DNA of 64,000 nucleotides, taken from contig OZ024747.1 of NCBI GenBank assembly GCA_964016885.1, positions 1,922,001 to 1,986,000 of the forward strand. The letters run 5' to 3'. Below, piece after piece: positions 52,501-64,000 of the stretch. Origin of the DNA: Eledone cirrhosa (taxonomy: Eukaryota). The notes under the pieces are model-generated. The model saw only the letters and a program-made list of their open reading frames with translations, made no database searches and was not told the DNA's origin. Both the position numbers and the translations under genes were made by a program. Each line of letters begins with the position of its first letter. The first letter of the stretch is position 1.

Positions 52501-53450
52501 ATTGTGGTAATTGTTTTATTCAGGGCTAGTCTGAGTTTATTGATTCTTGCATTTACTCTGTACACTGAGATTACTTTATCTACCCACTTGTCAGCTAGTA
52601 GTATACCTACACCACCCATCCCATCATCATTTACTACCCAGAAAAATTTGTAGCACTGACTTTTTCCTACAAAGACTCTAGCAGACCCTCCTCTCCATCT
52701 AGTCTCTTGCACACAGCATACATCAATTTCCTTTCGCTCTAGCATCTCTACAATTTCTCCTGCTCTTCCTTTCATTGTGCTTACATTGATGGTACCAACT
52801 CGGAGTTTTGGGCATTTGTCAACATTCGTGGGGAAGGGTCGATTTTTGCAGGGGTGTGCGTGTGCTTCCTGTCTCTGAATTGGAGCTTCACATGGGTGCT
52901 TGGTAGATTCATATTCATTTTCATTTATTAATTCAGAGTTGCTCCATTTATTCTCAGCTCATCCATACATAACGGTAGGAAAATTCAGGGCTAGAAGAAC
53001 AGTGGTGGTGGTAATAATGGCAGGGTGTGTTGGGCTGGGACAGGGGAGGAGAGAGGTAGGTAGTAGTAGAAATGGCAGGGTTTGTTGGGGTTGGTAGTGG
53101 GGGGAGGGGCATGCTGAGGTTTGATTGGTCGAATAGGCTATGGTGGTGTGAGGGGGTGGGTTAGGAGGGAAATTGTGAGGTAGGTAGCCAAATCATGGCC
53201 TGTAGCATCTGATAGCAAAATAGACAGGAGTAGATGACTTTGAAGAGAAAGCGAACTGATAAATAAAACAACACTAATAATAGTGTAAGAGAGAGGAGGA
53301 GAGTAGATGACTTCGTAGAGAGGCAGCATGGTAGAGAAAATGAGGGTAAAAAAAAAGTAAATGTGTTGTGGAAGCTAGCGAAGTGATGAATACAGCAATA
53401 ATTGTGAGCAGAACATTTGCAATTGGGGAAATAGAGGGATACCTGAAAGA
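49517..53450 (-). mobile_element. Near full-length, disabled RTE/BovB-type LINE (APE endonuclease + RT), antisense downstream of the protocadherin exon
   Basis: APE motifs GTINV, CVQETRW, AYAPQ, GDFNGH and QIDFIL (51849-52800); RT 50574-51686; C-terminus to about 49820. In-frame stops at 51849 and 50143 and an 8-bp deletion at about 50575 relative to the 5480 copy. TA tracts on both sides. The 5' boundary is approximate. Confidence 0.93.
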
Positions 53451-53459
53451 TTTGTATAG

Positions 53460-53516
<57 letters not shown>

Positions 53517-53783
53517 CAGATATATATACATATACATACAGATATATATACATATACATACATGTAGATATATATACATATACATACATGTACATATATA
53601 TACATATACATACATGTACATATATATACATCTATATACATATACATATATATACATCTATATACATATACATACATCTATATACATATACATATATATA
53701 CTTATACATATACATACTTATACATATACATACTTATACATATACATACTTATACATATATATATACATACATACATACATAT

Positions 53784-53816
<33 letters not shown>

Positions 53817-55109
53817 CATATAAAAGCTACAACGGACTTGGAAAGGCATCTAATACTCCTTATAAGAAACAAGAGAGAGAGAAACGTCTGTCCCTATACA
53901 CATATACTTATGTAACAAAACAAATATGTTATCTGTGAGTTCATGCAATTATATATTAATGGATTTTATTGCGTGAAAGGGAGAAAGGCTGTGCTACAAC
54001 CCTTTTCAGGGCCAAATACTATAAATGTAATACCCACTTTGACAGTATTACTGAGTGTGTGTCTGTGAAACGTTGATTTTTCTATAGGTTCAGCAGAAAA
54101 TTTATTTCACTAACCTTCAATTAATTAATTAATTAATTTAATTTACTCTTCTCGCAACCATTATTATAACACATAAAAAACTAAGATCTCTCTCTCTTTC
54201 TCATTCCCTCCTCCTTTCCCTCTCAGCTTACTGTTTCATTAAATTTCTGTTAAATAGCCACACATTAGAATGATTAGAACTTCTACTGTTGCAGCCTTAG
54301 TAGGACATGACCATTAAATATCTATATTTCACATGATAAAACATCATACTTTTTTTTGTCTATTCTTATACAGAAACTGCATAATATGATAGCTGTAGCT
54401 TGAAAAAATCTGTCTCTTTCTGAGGTAGGAATTATGGAGGTTATGTTGGATTTAGTACAGACATTTAGTTTGTAATTAGCTTTGTTTTAATGAGTGTATT
54501 AATTATGAGTTTGGCACTTGATCACCTTATTCCCTGGGTGTTATTGGCTTTGTTTTCAGAGTGTATTATTTACATAAAGTACCAGTAATGCACTGGGTAA
54601 TTGCTGGCCTTGTGCCTAAAGTAGAAACAATTATTTACATATAGGGACATTCAGTGATTACCTTGTGTTTGTTCCAGGTACATCTTATTGTCCTATTTGC
54701 CTCTTTACATACATTTTTTATTTGTTTTTTTTTTCACACATAGAATTCTTTTATTATCAATAACATTTCATTAAATTTCCAATCATACCTAATTATTATT
54801 CTGCCACAAATCAATACCTATGTAAACATAATATTTATTAACTATTTCAGATGAAATATAATTAGTTTGTAGCATTTACAACAAAATACTTTCAACAGAT
54901 AAAATAAATTGACATCGAATTCTTTATTATATTAATTAATAATCTTATATTTAATTGCATCTTATATGGCTAGAACCCCTCACCATTTGTTTTAGACCAA
55001 ACAAGGTCGTTAAATGTATTAGTATGTAAAACCTACTATATATATATATATATATATATTTAAATATTTAATAGGCAGTATGTTCCACTGAAGTATTTGC
55101 CCTCAGATA

Positions 55110-55560
55110 TAGTGTGGTAGATTGGCAGTATTAACAGAGTGTCAGACAACATGCTGTGACATAGAGTTATGGCCCTTTACATTGTGTTCAAATCCCACAG
55201 AAGTTTGCTTTGTCTTTCATCCTTACAGAGTTGATAAAATAAAGTACCAGTAATGCACTGGAGTTGATTTGATTGACTTTCTCCTCCCCCAAATTGCTGG
55301 CCTTGTGCCTCAATCAGAAACCATTATTTTATAAAAGGCAGTGGATTAGCAGTAATCGGTAGAGCATCAGACAACATGCTGTGTGGCATTGAGTTACGGC
55401 CCTTTATGTTCTGAGTTCAAATCCTGCTGAGGTTAGCTTTGCCTTTCATCCTTACAGGGTTGATAAAATAAAGTACCAGTAATGCACTGAGGTTGATTTA
55501 ATCAACTTTACCCTGCCCTACAAATTACTGGCCTTGTGCCTAAATTAGAAACCATTATTA
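55110..55560 (+). mobile_element. Two tandem full-length SINE family A copies
   Basis: Each has an A-box-like head, B-box gttcaaatcc, core and ggccttgtgcc..agaaaccatta tail (55110-55327 and 55337-55560). Confidence 0.85.
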
Positions 55561-56238
55561 TAAAACTAGTTAAGTTTTACACTGGCAACACCAGGGACTG
55601 GCAGCAGTAAGACCTCATAGTTGTTCTACCTATTGAATTACTGTACATTACTGTCTGGCTGATTGATACTGCATCAAGTACCTCTTTTGCTGGTTCTTGC
55701 CAATTCCTCTGCTATCATACACGAACCAACTAAATATGTTTATTAGATTGTCATATATAAAATGTAATTTCTAGCTTTATATTCCCTCTGAAGTTGTCAT
55801 ATAGAGATTTGGCACATGTTGAAACAAAGCTGCATTCCTTTTATACATAAACATTTATATTTAAATAAGATTGCATGAATGAAATATTAAGATTCTAGGC
55901 AAGAAGCTTATAAATTATTATTGTTTTAGTAATGTCACTGCACCTGACATTCTTCTATCATCATCATCATCACCATCATCAGTCACTCATTCATTATTGC
56001 AAGTGTCATTTAGACAACTCTGCAGAACAGCAGTTTTCCATATGTCTCCACACTGAATTCTTACAGAACCAATGCGATCTCTGTTAGCTTTGTTACTACA
56101 CTGTTTCCATATATGTTTGGCTGAAGACTTTAAGAATGTCTTCTCATAACCTTTAGTGGATTAAACCATTAGAAACAAACATCAATGATTATTTAACACA
56201 CAGTTGATTCTTATATTAAAGGCAGGAGTGGTTGAGTA

Positions 56239-56574
56239 CGAGGTTGAATTTAGAACTTGCAGGGGAGGGGTAACTTCAGCTTTCGGGACCCCTCATACAC
56301 AGAAAAATTAGAATACACAGCAAATTCCCCAATTTTAGATATCAAAGTTAGCTTGGTGCAAGTAATTGGAATTGAAAAGTTATACATACAGGTATTACAT
56401 TCAAAAATTCTAACCATCCTAAAACTAAAAAGCCCAGCTGAGGGCACAAATAAATTGCTACAGCCATTGCTGGTGGTGCTCCCCCACTGGTGGTGCTCCC
56501 CCACTGGTGGCGCTCCCCCACTGGTGGGGGCCTAAAGCAATTGCCCTCTTTCCCCACCTTTAAATCTGGCCATG
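56239..56574. mobile_element. hAT-type MITE with perfect 8-bp TSD
   Basis: GTTGAGTA at 56231-56238 and 56575-56582; degenerate TIRs cgaggttgaattta and taaatctggccatg; internal 17-bp repeat, 3 copies. Confidence 0.7.
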
Positions 56575-56855
56575 GTTGAGTATTTGTGTATATGTGTGAC
56601 ATCTGAATGAGTATCTTCCACCTCCCAGTCCCGGTCGACAGGATGATTACATTGTCCCAGAGGACAGCAAGGGAGACACACTGGAACAGCCACTCCCCCC
56701 TGTGGAACAGAACAGGTTTAAGATACTGAAAACAAAAATGAAAAGTATAATTTCCAGACTGAGAAATATCAGAAACACGTAATGAAAAATCACAGCTCCG
56801 ATATTATGGATATGTGGACAGAATGTCTGAGGAAAGAATCAATGGAGAGTCACTC

Positions 56856-57075
56856 CAAGAAGGAGAAAAAGAAGAAGAAAAAGGAGGAGAAGAAGGAGGA
56901 GGAGAAGAAGGAGAAGAAGGAGGAGGAGAAGAAGGAGAAGAAGGAGGAGGAGAAGAAGGAGAAGGAGGAGAAGGAGAAGAAGGAGAAGGAGGAGAAGGAG
57001 AAGAAGGAGAAGGAGGAGAAGGAGAAGAAGGAGAAGGAGGAGAAGAAGGAGAAGGAGGAGAAGAAGGAGGAGGAG
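56856..57075. repeat. (GAA/GGA)n purine microsatellite
   Basis: Explains the poly-K/E and poly-G/E ORFs. Confidence 0.95.
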
Positions 57076-57733
57076 TGTGTATATTGATGTTATATCAGAA
57101 ACCAGAATTGAACTACTGGCTCAACAATTTATATAGTGTTACAATACTTGGGATTTATTTAAAATGTTTCTATAGGCAGAGCCGTGTGTGTGTAAGTAAA
57201 TCCCATGATGCGTCTTAGTTGTCTAGCCATAAAAAATGTATAAATTCTAACACTCTAGCTATAAAACAATTGATGTCTAAACTTCACATAAATCTTGCAG
57301 CTTCCAGATATTTCAAGTTGTGTTAGCATTGGAAAATGAAAGGAAAATGAAAGGAAAAAGAGATACTTATTTACTTTATTTTCCCACAAATATATTTCTT
57401 CTCATCATCAATGAGATTTTATGAATCATTACACATCTCATAAACTCCTGTACGAAAGACATAAGTTCCAACTATGATATTACTTCCAATCTCCATTCAA
57501 ACTAGTGCTGATATTACACATTCTTCCATCAGTAAAAGTTTCCTTTTTAATGTAGAGCTGTGAGGTTAAGAAGTTTGTTTCACAACCATGTCGTTATAGG
57601 TTTGAGCTCACTCTGTAGCATTTCTACCAAATTCTCAGATTAACAAATATTTTGTGAGTAGAATTTCATAGACATAAATTGCCTAGGATCCAATTACACA
57701 CACATGTAGACATTCTCACACACACAGAAAGCG

Positions 57734-58066
57734 CCCAGTCCACACTGTAAAGTGGTCGTTTTGGTGACACAACAAAAATATCTCAGCCCACAGTGTAAAG
57801 TGGTCGTTTTGGTGACACAACAAAAATACCTCAGTCCATACTGTAAAGTGGTCGTTTTGGTGACACGACAAAAATACCTCAGTCCACACTGTAAAGTGGT
57901 CGTTTTGGTGACACGACAAAAATACCTCAGTCCACACTGTAAAGTGGTCGTTTTGGTGACACGACAAAAATACCTCAGTCCACACTGTAAAGTGGTCGTT
58001 TTGGTGACACGACAAAAAGCATCCAGCCCACATTGTAAAGTGGTCGTGTAGGTGTCACAACAAAAA
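57734..58066 (+). repeat. 48-bp minisatellite (about 7 copies) from the RTE 3'-UTR motif
   Basis: Unit cagtccacactgtaaagtggtcgttttggtgacacgacaaaaatacct, followed by the RTE tail gcatggaaaatagacattaaacggtgatgatg. Confidence 0.9.
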
Positions 58067-59439
58067 CTGACCACTATAAATATGTTGCTAGCATGGAAAA
58101 TAGACATTAAACGGTGATGATGATAATATGAGGTTCCTTATTTCCACCAATTTATTTCAAACAGATATTAGATAGAATCCCATTTAATTTCTATATGAGT
58201 CTATACATTCATATCTGTGTGTATGTATGTACATGAATATAAAATATATATAAAATATACATATATCATTATATATATAATCTGTGTGTGTCTTATTTCT
58301 AACTGAAATACTTTGTAAACAAATGCAATTCAAAGGAAAAAAAATGCTAATCTATATTAAGAAATGAGTTAATTCAAAGTCTATATTAACATTACATTAA
58401 TTTATAGAATAAAGGTTGAAATAAATCATCAATAGGTCATCTGTGCTGCTTTTATTAATAGATTCTTGAAGATCCCAAATAGCTTGATTTATGCTGTTTT
58501 ATCTATTGTTATTCCAGTCATTTTATAGTATTTCAAGTCATCTATATTTGTATTGTATAGAAGAAAAACAATTTATCATTGTGTTAAAAAACGAACAAGA
58601 ACAACAACCATGTCGACAATGCTGTTCTAATTTTATAAAATCCATTTCAAATTATTGTATTTACTTATGAGAAGTTCTTGTAGTTTTATTTTTTATCAGG
58701 TTTAGCATTAGTTTGAACAAACCTACAATAAAAAACAATCCTGCTATGAATATCACATCATTTTTTAAAAATCCAGACAATGTGTATCTAGGTCTAAAAT
58801 ATTGAATGTGATAGAACCCAATAAAAAAAAAACAACAACTAGTGCGATGTTAAGAAGATTTGGCAGCTATTTATAGCATAACCAACAGCTGCGCAGATGC
58901 TTTCTTGTTCATTTTAGGAAAAGCTGAAATTTTAATTTCTTCTTTTTTTTTACATCTATTTTTCTATTAAACTATAGTTGGGCTTATTTGTGTAAATTTT
59001 ATTGTTAAACTCTTCTATAATTCACATTTTGGATGCTTCATAAGAATATAGACCCCAAGCACTTCTCTGGTATTTTATTGATATCTACAGGGATAAAAGA
59101 CAACATTGACTCCAGCAGTATCTTAGAATCTAAAAGAAAGCTGTAAATAAATATTGTATGGCATTCTGTCAACCAAATCACCATGGATACTCGATTTAAA
59201 TATCTGATATTACTCCCATGATTCTTTGTGACCACTGCAAAGCACATAAACAATATATGACTAACATTACCATTCTTATTTTGAAAATGAGGTTGTGAAG
59301 GTCTCAAAATATTAATAGACTTATAGATCTAGGGACACTCTCGTTCCAAACCAAACACAAAGAATTAATAAAGAAATAGGAAAAGTCCTTAATAAAAAAA
59401 AAGATCTAACTTGAGTACAGCCGTAATTTCAATATTGCA

Positions 59440-59495
<56 letters not shown>

Positions 59496-62111
59496 CCTAT
59501 ACATACTTATATAAACATACATACATACATAAACTTACATACATGCATCACCAACCATTTTACAAAGTTTACTGTATGCATACATACATGATGTTGGTGA
59601 ACTACATAATAAACATACCCAGTACATTCTATAAAGTGGTTGGTGATACGGAGAGCATCCAGCCATAGAAAGCTTGTTTAACATCAGAAGGGCTCTTCAG
59701 TTGTGTCAAAGACATGACAACCACCTTAATGCACTCAGTAAAGTGCAAAAATATATGTAACTGAGGTGTGAGCCCCTAGTTCATCTGACACGTGGTAGAA
59801 CATGGTAGTATAGGTGAGATGTAGACACTAGAACTTCTGGTCAGTAGCTATACTTGTATACTAAGTCAGTCTGTGAAAACCTGTCCAACCATTGCTAGCA
59901 GCGAAGATAGACATTAGATGATGATGATGATGATGTGTATATTTTCTTTATGCATGTTTATTACAATACAGAGATTATTCTGTGTTGCAACTCTGAGGTT
60001 TGTGAATTCCTACTGGCTACATAAATGTTGAATTATCAGTGGAACAAACAAACTCAGACCAGCAATAGAAAGTAATATCAACAATATAATAGAAATATAT
60101 AATATTTTCTATTTTCTATATGTATGTGTATATATGTTTTTTTTTTTATACACACATATGAGTATGTATGTGATTGTGTATGTGCACATATATATATATA
60201 CACAAACACACATTTATATAAATATATATATATGTATATACATATATATATGGCATGGCTTACTGGACATGTGTTTATTAAATAGCCTCAAGCCAACCAA
60301 TTCTTTGTGAATGAAATATGACAGAAACTGTGAGAAAGCTTGCTGAAGGGACTGTTACTATTCTTAGGTTTAACTCCACCATCTAGCATTTAGGTGTGTT
60401 TTTTTATGAGAGAGCTTTGTGATAAGAATTCAGGTTATGTCAATGGTTTGAGGATAACTTTCTCTATTCCTCCCATCAATTCTAGAAGACCTGAAAAGTG
60501 CCATAAGCATATTGTGTCTTTCTTCCTTTGACTAAGACAGAAGCATTTCTTTAATCCAGTACCAGCAACCTCTCACTTATTTCCAAGATAGAAGGATGTT
60601 CTATTTAGAACAGGCTATAGTGTAAAATTGACAAAAAGCAAAAAAAAAAAAAATACTAAAAACTAAAAAATGTATGAGGGTTGCATGCCATCATAATGGA
60701 TATACAATAATTATCTCTGCCATGTGTCTTCTTAACAAATTTGAAAAGGGTAGTTTTACCTGAAATATAATGAGCAATTCGTCCTTTTATTTTGTGTAAA
60801 TTATTGTTACAGTATTATTTCAAAATCTTTGTTATTCTTTATATTCCATATTCAATCTACATATTCAAATCCTATTTAGATGTACTCAGAATATGCTATG
60901 TATATATGTATACTGATATTTTAATCTCAACTATCATAGCATATATATTCACATTTTAGCAGAGTTTATGAAAAATACTCTGTAATGGAAGTTAGTGCTC
61001 TAAATATATATTAATAGGTATATTATATGATTCTCTCAATAATGTCTAATGTTTATAAACTGAAAAAGCTGTATGTTTGTATTACTCCTTTTAAAAAATA
61101 TTTTTGCCCAAGTAATATCTTTCTTATCCACTTCCTTTCTTCCACTCTATTGAACCATCTAAACCATTGCAATAGAGAAACAAACAACCTCTGCTATGAG
61201 TGCTGTCTCTTTTCCATAAATAATCTTTCCATAACAAATATTTTAGGTTTACATTGATTCCTGGCTTTACCATTGTTAGAAACACATCCACAGAAACTAA
61301 AACTACCTCCATAAAGTCAAATATTATGGCAATGATCCGATTACCTATAAAAACTCTTCTATAAGAACCAACAACAGCTTGATCCTGTTGGGAATGGCAT
61401 GAACTAGGTCTTGGAATAACTTTTTTTCCTTCATACAGAAAATTCTTGATAAGATAGAAACTAACATTCTCTCTTCCCTATGGGATCCTTGTTTGAGAAA
61501 ATAGCCATATCTCTGATGTTTTAATTGTAGCCATTATCACACCATTTTATGGTCAGCAAAACTGCAATTTGTTCAGCTTTAGATCATTGGAATACACTTT
61601 ATGTCCATTCTACGTACTTATTATATAATGTATGTAATTCAAGATACATAAAAACACACAACATACTTCAAATGTAGCTTTTAACCAGAATGTGCCTGCT
61701 GGACAAGTGTATTTTTAGATAACTCATTTCTTTGGCATTTTATAGATTTCCCTCTTTTCAATAAGAATCATTCACATTTTTATATTGCTCTGATAGGTTT
61801 AATAGATTTGTTTATAGTTGCATAGCTCTGTGAGCCATTTAGAATGTTGCGATCAAGCTTATTCCCAGAAGTGATAAAGACACACACACACACACACTCA
61901 CTAACACACACACACACACACACATGCATGCATCATGGTGTATTATATATTAAAAAAAGTAATAACATTTTAACAAATAAGCTTAGTTGTTTAAATTAGT
62001 TGTAGGAAGTTTACTGTTAAATATATATTTTTCTGAAATATGGCAATGAGTCTGCATAAGGAATGGCAAGTGTCCACGTAGACAACATCCGCCCATATAT
62101 ACATATAGTTA

Positions 62112-62190
62112 TACAAGGGTCTGCTGAAAAGTTCATAGGCTGACCAAGATACTTTCATGGAATGACCAAATGAGGTTTATTTTTCAACAT
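62112..62190 (+). mobile_element. Mariner-like terminal inverted repeat relic
   Basis: TA-CAAGGGTCTGCTGAAAAGTTC.. resembles mariner ends as I recall them. No partner TIR seen. Confidence 0.45.
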
Positions 62191-62567
62191 GTCTCTAGAA
62201 AGAAACAATACAATTATTAATAAGACAAGTTGAAATTAATGCAAGATTGCAAATTCTGGAGTGTTTGAATCATGGTAGATAGGGTGTAAAGTCATGACTT
62301 CCATTCCAGAGCTGGGGTATGCATTGTGTCCTTGAACAAGACACTTTATTTCATATTTTAGTTACTCAGTTTCAGCTTGTGATTTAAGGAAGCCTTTTCG
62401 AGAGTACACCCTTCAAAAAGGCTTGCTGAACATACAAGCCAAAACCGCTTTGTGTTGTGGTTGAGTTCACACCTCTCTGTATACCCACTCTGCATCTTCC
62501 CATGCATTGAGTACTCCCATGATTTGTAGTTTCCCTGATCTCAGCACTGCAGACTCTCTCTCTCTCG

Positions 62568-62610
<43 letters not shown>

Positions 62611-62994
62611 ATGATGATGATATATGTATGTGTGTGTATGTGTGACAGGCTTCTAGCTACAAAATACACTCACAGGGCATTGGAGAGCCTAAGATTATAA
62701 CAGAAGGTACTCAGCCCAAGTGCCACACAGTGGAGTGCGATAGAAGAGTCTACACTTGTGTATGAAAAATTATTAGCAAGAAGAAAAGATCTTCAAAAAT
62801 ATTTAATAACATCTCCAACAGTTTTTATTCTACACCCAGCTTAGATATTTCTTCTATTTCCAATTATTTCAGATATACACACATTTTTATCTAGGAGTTA
62901 CTTTCAAAAGAATATTCTCATGATATATGATATTCTCCTGCAGCATACAAACCAAATAAAAATAATATATTTTGTATAAGCTTTAAAATGGTTT

Positions 62995-63205
62995 ATGATT
63001 TAGGCACAAGGCCAATAATGTTTTGGGAGGGGAAAGCTGATTAACCCAACCACAGTACATTACTTCTACTTTATTTTATCGATCTCTTATGGATGAAAGT
63101 CTAAGTTAACTTTGGTGGGATTTGAACTCAGAACGTAAAGAGATGTAACTCTATACTGCAAAGCATATTGCCTGATGCTCTACCAATTCTGCAAATAAAC
63201 CACGC
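62995..63205 (-). mobile_element. SINE family A, full-length and diverged
   Basis: Tail, core, B-box and head all present. Confidence 0.75.
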
Positions 63206-64000
63206 TATAATAACAATCTTTCATTAAAGTTTTGTGTCATATGGAAGGCATGTGATGAGGTTGTTCTATATGAAGGGGGGAAATATAACTAACTGATCAA
63301 GTAACAACTGAATCCTTCTGAATTTCACTGGTTAGTCAGGAAGTGAAAATTGGTGACTTGTGACTTTTTTCTTGGCCTCTGAAATTGATGTAAGGAGGCA
63401 GATATCTTCAAATCAAAGAGCTGGCCTGAATACTTGCCACACAGTAAACTCCACTAAAAGCACCCCATAGCCATGGTACTAAAGAAGGGGAGGAATTAAA
63501 TCTGTCACTCAAGTAGGCTAAAGTAGGATTTGATATAAAAAAAACAGAACCAGAAGAAATAATGCAAGACATCTTGTCCAATGTTGTAACAATTTCATCA
63601 ATTCACAGCCCTGGACTGTAAATTTTATTATTCATACTTTATTTAAGATGGTAGGGTGTAATTTGAGGGAAATTTTATTGCCATTTCTAGCTGTTCCTTT
63701 TAGCCTAGTAGGAGGAATTTCAGGCACTTTTAAGACTGATACCATTAATGTTCTGCTGGAACTGTTGCAAGTTGATAGCTCCATAAATAACATGTACAGG
63801 AAGGGAATTCCAGGGGGAGTACAATTCTGAGAAGGAAGTACTTAGCATAGTCAGAACAGCACAGAATGAGAGCAGATGTAATATTGATGAGATGTAGAGG
63901 AAACATGAGTGAGATTTAAGAGCCTAGGTAGACTCAATATGAGACCAACCAGCTCCGAGAAGAAGCAGAGGCAATTCTAGTAACTGTTGAAAGTACAGAG

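Noticed and set aside
54070-54135. Possible next exon (tttttctatag|GTTCAG, VQQKIYFTNLQLIN*)
   Set aside because: Acceptor-like sites are common in AT-rich DNA and there is no supporting motif.
55337-55430. tRNA gene
   Set aside because: A/B boxes without a cloverleaf, continuing into a SINE body.
56782-57218. K/E-rich and G/E-rich ORFs as a protocadherin tail exon
   Set aside because: An RTE relic (QLRYYGYVDRMSEERI) fused to a GAA/GGA repeat.
63648-64000. GC-richer stretch at the window end
   Set aside because: No recognisable motif in any frame.

Overview
AT-rich, microsatellite-dense eukaryotic DNA. The repeat content and the protocadherin sequence point to a coleoid cephalopod, probably Octopus (inference). 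The only credible host gene is a protocadherin on the + strand. One large exon (about 45270-47677) encodes the signal peptide, six cadherin repeats, a TM helix and the start of the tail, and is bounded by a splice acceptor and a phase-0 GTAAGT donor. The rest is mostly mobile DNA: (i) a young RTE/BovB-type LINE family with (CAT)n tails sitting in (TA)n tracts, with one near full-length dead copy (about 49517-53450) and a C4HC3 PHD-like finger inside its RT; (ii) a Penelope-like GIY-YIG element between about 320-bp inverted pseudo-LTRs, each with a minimal hammerhead ribozyme motif, plus several other hammerhead-like islands in TA tracts; (iii) CRE-like endonuclease relics; (iv) a non-autonomous Helitron, hAT and piggyBac-type MITEs and many tRNA-derived SINEs; (v) minisatellites amplified from SINE/LINE parts. 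Most listed ORFs are microsatellite or antisense artefacts. Family names come from motif recognition by eye, with no database search.
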